From contig CAYPCX010000004.1 of the NCBI GenBank assembly GCA_964409365.1, positions 21,015 through 85,014 on the forward strand: a stretch of 64,000 nt of DNA, read 5' to 3'. The notes beneath the pieces were generated by a model that had not been told where the DNA came from, ran no database searches, and saw only the letters and a program-made list of their open reading frames with translations. A program made the translations under genes and the position numbers. This document shows positions 57,561-64,000 of the stretch, in pieces (within the stretch, counting starts at the first letter, position 1; each line of letters opens with the position of its first letter). The stretch comes from an uncultured Planctomycetia bacterium (GTDB lineage Bacteria > Omnitrophota > Gorgyraeia > Tantalellales > Tantalellaceae).

Positions 57561-58919
57561 ATGGGCACAAAGGCTCTGATCGAGAAAGTACCTCCTCACA
57601 ATATAGAGGCGGAAAGCGAAGTCCTGGGGGCGATGCTGCTTGACAGGGATGCTATAGCCCGTGCGATCGAACTGCGTCTGGAAGATAAGGCTTTTTACAA
57701 CGAAGCCAACAAGGAGATCTTCCGCAGCATACTCAAGCTTTACGACAACAACGAAGTAGTGGATATCGTCACCCTTGCCGAAGAGCTGAAGAAAAGGAGC
57801 GCCCTGGACAAGGTAGGGGGGTATCCTTATGTCACCGAACTCACGAAAAAGGTCCCCACTTCGACGGCTATCGAACACTACGTTAAGATCGTAAGGGAGA
57901 AGTACCTGTTAAGGAACCTTATCAATACGGCCAACCAGATAATATCAGAGAGTTTTGAGCCTTCGAGCGAGGTCGAGGAGCTTCTGGATAAGGCCGAACA
58001 GCTGATATTCGACATAACTTCCGACAAGAGACGGGAAATGAGCGTCTCCGAGATGAAGGACATAGTCAAGGACAGCATAGAGACCATAGACCGCCTTTAC
58101 CAGAGGAAGGAGAACATAACAGGTATCGCCACCGGGTTCCACGATCTTGACGTGATGACGGCGGGTTTGCAGAAAGCGGATTTTATCGTTCTCGCGGGAC
58201 GGCCGTCCATGGGAAAAAGCGCGCTCGCCGCTTCCATCACCGAGTACGCGGGGTTGGTGGAAAAGATCCCCTGCGCGTTCTTCAGTCTCGAGATGTCAAA
58301 AGAACAGCTGGTACAGAGAATGCTCTGTTCGGTGGCCGGGGTCAACGCCCACAAGGTAAGGACCGGGTTCTTTTCGCAATCGGACTGGCCCAAGCTGGTC
58401 AGCGCGGCCGGTAAGCTTTCGGAATCGCCTATTTATATCGACGACACGCCGGCGATATCGGTGCTGGAACTGAGGGCGAAGGCAAGGAGGTTGAAAGCCA
58501 GGTACGACATACGGCTTCTGATCCTGGATTATCTCCAGTTGATGAAAGGGCCTTCGGGCGCGGAAAACCGCCAGCAGGAAATATCGGAGATATCACGTTC
58601 GATGAAAGCCCTTGCGCGTGAGCTCAACGTGCCGGTCATAGCCATAAGCCAGCTTTCCAGAGCGGTCGAGCAAAGGGCCGACCACAGGCCTCAACTTTCC
58701 GATCTCAGGGAATCGGGGGCGATTGAACAGGACGCGGACCTGGTCGTTCTGCTTCTCAGGGAAGAATATTACAATCCCTCGGAGGAGAACAAAGGCCTCG
58801 CGGACGTGATCATCGCGAAACAAAGGCACGGTCCTGTCGGAACGATCAAGCTCGCGTTCCTTTCCGAATATACCAAATTCAGCAATCTTTCAAGGACAGA
58901 CGAAGAAGAGGGCTTTTGA
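57561..58919 (+). CDS. dnaB: Replicative DNA helicase
   Basis: PPHNIEAE, GRPSMGKS, DYLQL, SDLRESGAIEQDAD; no intein. Confidence 0.97.
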   Translation: MGTKALIEKVPPHNIEAESEVLGAMLLDRDAIARAIELRLEDKAFYNEANKEIFRSILKLYDNNEVVDIVTLAEELKKRSALDKVGGYPYVTELTKKVPTSTAIEHYVKIVREKYLLRNLINTANQIISESFEPSSEVEELLDKAEQLIFDITSDKRREMSVSEMKDIVKDSIETIDRLYQRKENITGIATGFHDLDVMTAGLQKADFIVLAGRPSMGKSALAASITEYAGLVEKIPCAFFSLEMSKEQLVQRMLCSVAGVNAHKVRTGFFSQSDWPKLVSAAGKLSESPIYIDDTPAISVLELRAKARRLKARYDIRLLILDYLQLMKGPSGAENRQQEISEISRSMKALARELNVPVIAISQLSRAVEQRADHRPQLSDLRESGAIEQDADLVVLLLREEYYNPSEENKGLADVIIAKQRHGPVGTIKLAFLSEYTKFSNLSRTDEEEGF

Positions 58920-61240
58920 TGAGAGGTAAAGCTTTTTTGACAGTAATGGTCCTTGTCCTCTTCATTGTGTTTTCATGCGTTCCTTCATGGGCGCAGTATC
59001 CTTCATCCCGAGACTCAAAGCGCATCAGTGACATCAAAATAAAAGGCAACTATTCCGTAAGTACTATCACGATACTGAACAAGCTGAAGATGAAGACCGG
59101 CGATGTGTTCGAAGAAAGCGCGCTCAATAAGGAGCTGAGGCGTCTTTACGCCACCGGTTTTTTCAGCGACGTTTTCGTGGAGACCGAGGACCGGCCGGAA
59201 GGGGTCGTTGTTATCTTCACCGTGGTCGAAAAACCCATTGTAAGCAAGATCGAGTTCCAGGGCAATACCAAGGCCCGGACCGGGCGCCTTATGAAGAAGA
59301 TATCGGTCAAGGAAGGGGATATCCTGGATTTCAGTGTGCTTTCCCGCGACGTGGCCGCGATCAGAAATTATTATATAGAAGAGGGTTACAGCAACGTGAG
59401 GGTCGATTACAGGATCGACACCGACAGGGATACAGGCAGATCCACGCTCGTTTTCGAGATAAACGAGGGAGTCCCTCTGAAGATCAGGTCCATAGCCATA
59501 GAGGGGAACAAGCACATCCCGAACGCCGAGATACTGAAATACATGTCCACTAAGACCGCCTGGTGGTTCATCAGAAAAGGCGCTTATGATCCGGAAAAAC
59601 TACAGGCCGATCTTGACAGGATAAGGTCCCTTTACAGGAGCAAGGGGTTCCTGGATGCCCGTGTTACGAGTAAGACCGATCTTGGCAAGGAGGACAATGA
59701 TATATTGCTCACCGTGATCATCGAGGAGGGCAACCAGTATCAGATAGGTGATATCACCATAAATGGACAGCTGGCGTTCCCGGAACACCAGATACGGGCT
59801 ATGATCAAGTCAAGGCCGGGCGACCCGTTCGATTATCAGAGGATAAAGGAGGATATGGAGGATGTCCGCGCGTTCTACTACGACCGTGGTTATATGAACG
59901 CGGAAATAAACCTCGAGCGCAAATACGACCATGCCACGGGCAGGATGAACCTTATTTATGATATCACGGCCCACGAAGAGGTCTACGTGGGCAAGGTCAA
60001 TATCCTGGGTAACACCAAGACCAGGGACAAGGTCATCCGCAGGGAGCTCAGGGTCTACCCAGGCGACAAATATAACGGTGAAAAGCTCAAGGTCAGTAAG
60101 GAACGCATCTATAACCTGGGCTTCTTCGAGGACGTCTACTTCGAGACCATACCGACCGGCCAGAAGAACGTCAAGGATCTCCACGTGACCGTCAAGGAAA
60201 CAAAGACCGGGGAATTCTCCTTCGGCGGCGGTTACAGTTCTATAGACGCTTTCCTGGGTTTTGTCCAGGTGAACCAGAAGAATTTCGATATATTGAATTT
60301 CCCGACGTTCACCGGCGGCGGCCAGAACCTTACGATAAGAGGCGAAATGGGAAGCGCGAGGACCAATTACCTCCTGAGCTGGACAGACCCGTGGATATTC
60401 GATTACCCGTATCTTTTCGGGTTCGATGTCTACCGGCAGGAACATAAGAGGTACGGTAAGACCGGATACGGGTACGATGAGACCCGTACCGGCGGCGCCC
60501 TGAGGTTCGGCAAGGAAATAACGGATCAGTTAAGCACCGGTCTCATATACAACCTCGAAGAGGTCGATATAGGCAATATCCCGGATAACGCGACGAACGA
60601 TCTTAAAAAAGAAGAAGGCAAGAACTGGATAAGCCGCGTCACATGGAACCTGGGGTATGACTCCAGGGACAATAAGTATTCACCGACACACGGCTGGGTC
60701 GGGAACATCTCACTTGAGAACGCGGGAGGTTTTATAGGCGGGGATAAGGATTTCGTGAAGGGGTTCCTGGATGTCACTTTCTATCACGGTTTCTGGGAGG
60801 ACAATATCGTGCTTTCGCTCAGGGGACGTCTGGGGCTTGGCGACAGTTACGGAGACTCGAACGAAATACCTATTTATGAACGCTTTTTTACCGGCGGCGC
60901 TACGACGCTGCGCGGATATAAACAAAGAGGTGTAGGGCCGCGGGATCTCGGCACCAATACGGCGTTGGGAGGAGAAGCTGTTGTTGTCGGTAACGCAGAG
61001 GTGACATTCCCGATATGGAAGGGCCTTATAAAAGGAGCGGTGTTCTACGATGTAGGTAACCTCTGGGGAAAGATAGAGGACGCTTTCACCACAACGGATT
61101 ACAAGAACGACGTTGGCATCGGGGTGCGCGTAAAAACGCCTATAGGCCCGGTAAAACTGGATTATGGATACCCGCTCAACGATAACCATGACGACAAGAA
61201 GGAAGGCCAATTCTGGTTCAGTGTGAGCCACGGATTCTAA
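58916..61240 (+). CDS. bamA: Outer membrane protein assembly factor BamA
   Basis: Signal peptide, POTRA repeats, TLRGY, TPIGPVKLDYG, terminal F. Confidence 0.95.
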   Translation: MMRGKAFLTVMVLVLFIVFSCVPSWAQYPSSRDSKRISDIKIKGNYSVSTITILNKLKMKTGDVFEESALNKELRRLYATGFFSDVFVETEDRPEGVVVIFTVVEKPIVSKIEFQGNTKARTGRLMKKISVKEGDILDFSVLSRDVAAIRNYYIEEGYSNVRVDYRIDTDRDTGRSTLVFEINEGVPLKIRSIAIEGNKHIPNAEILKYMSTKTAWWFIRKGAYDPEKLQADLDRIRSLYRSKGFLDARVTSKTDLGKEDNDILLTVIIEEGNQYQIGDITINGQLAFPEHQIRAMIKSRPGDPFDYQRIKEDMEDVRAFYYDRGYMNAEINLERKYDHATGRMNLIYDITAHEEVYVGKVNILGNTKTRDKVIRRELRVYPGDKYNGEKLKVSKERIYNLGFFEDVYFETIPTGQKNVKDLHVTVKETKTGEFSFGGGYSSIDAFLGFVQVNQKNFDILNFPTFTGGGQNLTIRGEMGSARTNYLLSWTDPWIFDYPYLFGFDVYRQEHKRYGKTGYGYDETRTGGALRFGKEITDQLSTGLIYNLEEVDIGNIPDNATNDLKKEEGKNWISRVTWNLGYDSRDNKYSPTHGWVGNISLENAGGFIGGDKDFVKGFLDVTFYHGFWEDNIVLSLRGRLGLGDSYGDSNEIPIYERFFTGGATTLRGYKQRGVGPRDLGTNTALGGEAVVVGNAEVTFPIWKGLIKGAVFYDVGNLWGKIEDAFTTTDYKNDVGIGVRVKTPIGPVKLDYGYPLNDNHDDKKEGQFWFSVSHGF

Positions 61241-61250
61241 CTCGAGGAGG

Positions 61251-61766
61251 ATGAAGATGTGTAGAAACTTTAGAAAAATATTCGTCGGCCTGGTGGCTAT
61301 GTTCATAGCGTTCGGCATGCTGGTGCCTGCGGCATATTCGGCTGAAAAGATCGGTTACGTGGACCTCAGACGCGCATTCTATGACTATGAAAGGACGAAA
61401 ACCTTCGAAGAAGAGCTTAACGCTCTTACCGAGGAGCGCCAGAGCGCCCGCACCAAGAAGATAGAGGTGATCACCAAGATGAGGGACGAGGCCGAACTTC
61501 TCAAAGATAAAGCCAAACAGCAGAAACAGGCAGAGATAGACGCGAAGATAAACGAGCTGCAGGAGTTCGACAGGGAGACCAGGCAGCAGCTTCTTAACAA
61601 GAAGAACGATATGTTCCGGCAGGTCATAGACGACATACAAAAGGTCGTCGAGGACCTCGGTAAAAAGGACAATTACGATTACATCCTTGATTCCCGGAAT
61701 ATCATGTACGGGAAGGAAGAATTCGACCTGACGGACCAGGTGGTCACGCGGCTTAACAAGAAGTAA
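61251..61766 (+). CDS. skp: Skp/OmpH chaperone
   Basis: KIGYVD, coiled coil, YDYIL, DLTDQV. Confidence 0.92.
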   Translation: MKMCRNFRKIFVGLVAMFIAFGMLVPAAYSAEKIGYVDLRRAFYDYERTKTFEEELNALTEERQSARTKKIEVITKMRDEAELLKDKAKQQKQAEIDAKINELQEFDRETRQQLLNKKNDMFRQVIDDIQKVVEDLGKKDNYDYILDSRNIMYGKEEFDLTDQVVTRLNKK

Positions 61767-61780
61767 ACCCTCGCCTTGCC

Positions 61781-62629
61781 ATGTCCGAGAAACAAAAGAC
61801 TATCAGCCGGGAAGCGAACTTTTCGGGGAAAGCCCTCCAGACCGGGCGCGCGGTCAACGTTGTGTGTAAACCTTCCGGTCCGGATTCGGGTATAATTTTT
61901 AAAAGGATGGACCTTGACGGGCAGCCTTCGATACGTGTGGGAGGCCAGATGTTGTCCGAAGGCCCCTCGAGGAGGAGCACCATAGGGCTGGGTGAGGCCG
62001 AGATACAGACCGTTGAACACTTCCTGGCGGCTCTCTGGGGGGTCGGGGTCGACAACGTTCTTGTGGAGATAGACGGGGAGGAACTCCCCGCGTTCGACGG
62101 CAGCGCGCTCACGTTCCTCAAGGGACTGAAAGAAGCTGGATCGGAAGATCAGCCGGCCGAGCGGCGTACGATAAAGGTCCTCGAACCGCAACGGGTGGAG
62201 GAGGGCGGATCGTCACTGGCCGTTTTTCCTGATGGGGGCTTCAGCATAGATTATCTTATCGATTACGATGTAGCTTCAATAGGCCGCGAGAATTTTCATA
62301 TAGAATTGAATAGCGAGTCCTTCGAGAGAGAAATAGCCCCGGCAAGGACTTTTTGCCTCAGGAAAGAGGCGGAGGCGCTTCTCCGTGCGGGCCTGGGACA
62401 GGGGGCCAACCTGGACAACACTCTTGTCATGGATGAGGAAGGCCCTATAGGCACGACATTACGTTTTCCCGATGAACCCGTGCGGCACAAGGTGCTGGAC
62501 CTTGTAGGGGACCTTTATATGCTGGGGCGGCCTGTCGCGGGCAGGTTCGTGGCAGAGAAGTCCGGACACGCGGTCAATGCCCGGATGGTGCGAATTATAT
62601 ATGAAAAGTATATAGTTGGAAGGAGTTAG
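61781..62629 (+). CDS. lpxC: UDP-3-O-acyl-GlcNAc deacetylase
   Basis: QKTI, TVEH, DGSA, APARTF, RHKVLDLVGD, GH. Confidence 0.93.
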   Translation: MSEKQKTISREANFSGKALQTGRAVNVVCKPSGPDSGIIFKRMDLDGQPSIRVGGQMLSEGPSRRSTIGLGEAEIQTVEHFLAALWGVGVDNVLVEIDGEELPAFDGSALTFLKGLKEAGSEDQPAERRTIKVLEPQRVEEGGSSLAVFPDGGFSIDYLIDYDVASIGRENFHIELNSESFEREIAPARTFCLRKEAEALLRAGLGQGANLDNTLVMDEEGPIGTTLRFPDEPVRHKVLDLVGDLYMLGRPVAGRFVAEKSGHAVNARMVRIIYEKYIVGRS

Positions 62630-62631
62630 TG

Positions 62632-63090
62632 ATGAGCGGCAAGACATTAGACATAAAAAAGATCATGGAAAAGATACCGCACAGGTATCCTTTTCTCCTG
62701 GTGGACAGGGTCGTGGATTACGAAGAAGGGAAATGGATAAAGGCGATCAAGAACGTTACCATGAACGAACCCTTTTTCCAGGGGCATTTCCCCGGTGAAC
62801 CGATAATGCCGGGTGTTCTTCAGATCGAGGCGCTGGCACAGGTAGGCGGGATCCTTGCCATGATGGATGATCACACCAAAGGCAAACTGGCCTTTTTCAT
62901 GACCATAGATAACGCGAAGTTCAGGAAACCAGTTACTCCGGGGGACCAACTGCTTTTTCACGTGGAAGTAAAAAAGGTGGTTCGCGGGAGGATCATACAG
63001 ACCCATGGAAAAGCCAGCGTGGACGGTAAAGTAGTGTGCGAAGCGGATCTCATGTTCAGTTTGATCGACAGGGAAGGGCCGGCGGCTTAG
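62632..63090 (+). CDS. fabZ: 3-hydroxyacyl-ACP dehydratase
   Basis: PHRYPFLLVD, FFQGHFP, MPGVLQIEALAQ. Confidence 0.96.
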   Translation: MSGKTLDIKKIMEKIPHRYPFLLVDRVVDYEEGKWIKAIKNVTMNEPFFQGHFPGEPIMPGVLQIEALAQVGGILAMMDDHTKGKLAFFMTIDNAKFRKPVTPGDQLLFHVEVKKVVRGRIIQTHGKASVDGKVVCEADLMFSLIDREGPAA

Positions 63091-63092
63091 AC

Positions 63093-63893
63093 ATGAGGAA
63101 GGTGGGATTGATCGCCGGGGAAGGGATATTGCCCCTGGAATTCATCCGGGCGGCCAGGGAACGGGGCGAAAGGGTAATAGTGTTCGGCCTGGAAGGAATG
63201 GCTGACCCCTCGGTCGAAAAGGCAGCGGACAGGGTATACTGGGTCAACATATGGCAGTACAGGAAATTTGTTTTTCTGCTCTTGAAGGAAAGGATCCGCC
63301 GGTTGGCCTTTCTCGGTAAAGTGAAGAAGAACGTGATCTATGACGATAAGAGCAACAATACAGCGGGAAAGACGGAACTGAACCGTTTGCGCGACAGAAA
63401 AGACAGTTCAATATTCAACGAGATCACAAAACGCCTCAAGAAGATAGGGATAGAAGTGATCGAGGGCACGCAGTATCTTTCGCACCTTCTGCCGGAGAAA
63501 GGGGTGTTGAGCCGCACGGTCCCGGACGCCCGCGTGGGGGAAGATATAAAGTTCGGGTATGAGATGGCCAAGAAGCTCGCCGGCATGGATATCGGGCAAA
63601 CGGTGGTCATAAAGGATAAAAGCGTCGTGGCCATAGAGGCTATGGAAGGGACTGACGCCACGATCGAAAGGGCCGGGCGTCTGGCGGGGGAAGGATGCGT
63701 CATGATAAAAGTGAGCCGCCCCGATCAGGACCTGAGATGGGACGTACCTACCGTGGGGCCGAAGACGATGGCAAAACTCGTCGAACAGGGCTTTAGCGCC
63801 CTGGCGATAGAAAGCGGCAGGATGTTCCTGGTAGAGAAAGAAAAAATGGTAGGGATGGCCGACTCGGCTAAAATAGCGGTGAGTGTGATATGA
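63093..63893 (+). CDS. lpxI: UDP-2,3-diacylglucosamine diphosphatase LpxI
   Basis: GLIAGEG.LP, DIGQTVV, AIEAMEGTD, QDLRWDVP. Confidence 0.9.
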   Translation: MRKVGLIAGEGILPLEFIRAARERGERVIVFGLEGMADPSVEKAADRVYWVNIWQYRKFVFLLLKERIRRLAFLGKVKKNVIYDDKSNNTAGKTELNRLRDRKDSSIFNEITKRLKKIGIEVIEGTQYLSHLLPEKGVLSRTVPDARVGEDIKFGYEMAKKLAGMDIGQTVVIKDKSVVAIEAMEGTDATIERAGRLAGEGCVMIKVSRPDQDLRWDVPTVGPKTMAKLVEQGFSALAIESGRMFLVEKEKMVGMADSAKIAVSVI

Positions 63894-64000
63894 ACGATTA
63901 TCCGGACCTTCTTAAGATAGACACGGAACAGAAGACGGAAGAACTGGTAAAAAGGCTGAAAGAAGTCTTTCAGGGGAAGGGTTTCTCAAAGGCCGTCATC
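63890..64000 (+). CDS. nadE: Probable NAD+ synthetase, N-terminus (truncated by window edge)
   Basis: MNDYPDLLKID..GFSKAVI resembles the segment before the GLSGG loop; only 37 codons visible. Confidence 0.5.
   Translation, partial: MNDYPDLLKIDTEQKTEELVKRLKEVFQGKGFSKAVI

Overview
Mostly core chromosome of a diderm, probably anaerobic bacterium; gene content and a large multidomain gene suggest Candidatus Omnitrophota/PVC (inference). In order: a glycan cluster (processive GT2, clan GH-A hydrolase, GT-B enzyme, CDP-sugar epimerase); a PilZ/HEAT/HD-GYP/PAS-kinase signalling block; a tRNA-Phe/TSUP/tRNA-Thr region rich in palindromes; rnfCDGEAB-purN-eno-ftsB; an 8.7-kb gene for a 2897-aa exported multi-enzyme protein next to tRNA-fMet; purB-purM-purD-purE-ptp-rpiB-glyA-deaminase-nrdR; lsrF-adh; hisG-bS22-TPR-tkt-ftsH-like-tkt-ispE-spoVG-tRNA-Gln-glmU-prs-rplY-pth; rpsF-ssb-rpsR-rplI-dnaB-bamA-skp-lpxC-fabZ-lpxI-nadE. 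The most unusual signals are three. (1) The giant protein has a signal peptide, then a string of cytoplasm-type modules (FabD-like acyltransferase, kinase-like, pentein deiminase, sigma4 plus four alpha-CTD-like repeats, methyltransferase), recurring GFG[S/D] linkers and an embedded CPBP-like membrane protease. This looks like a processed effector polyprotein. (2) A window-wide family of 7-bp-phased intergenic arrays with consistent polarity, including a 121-bp unit present twice in inverted orientation. (3) Small non-coding palindromic elements in or next to tRNAs: a D-loop insertion with 5' duplication at tRNA-Phe and a 3' duplication at tRNA-Gln. All domain calls are by visual motif recognition; no searches were run.
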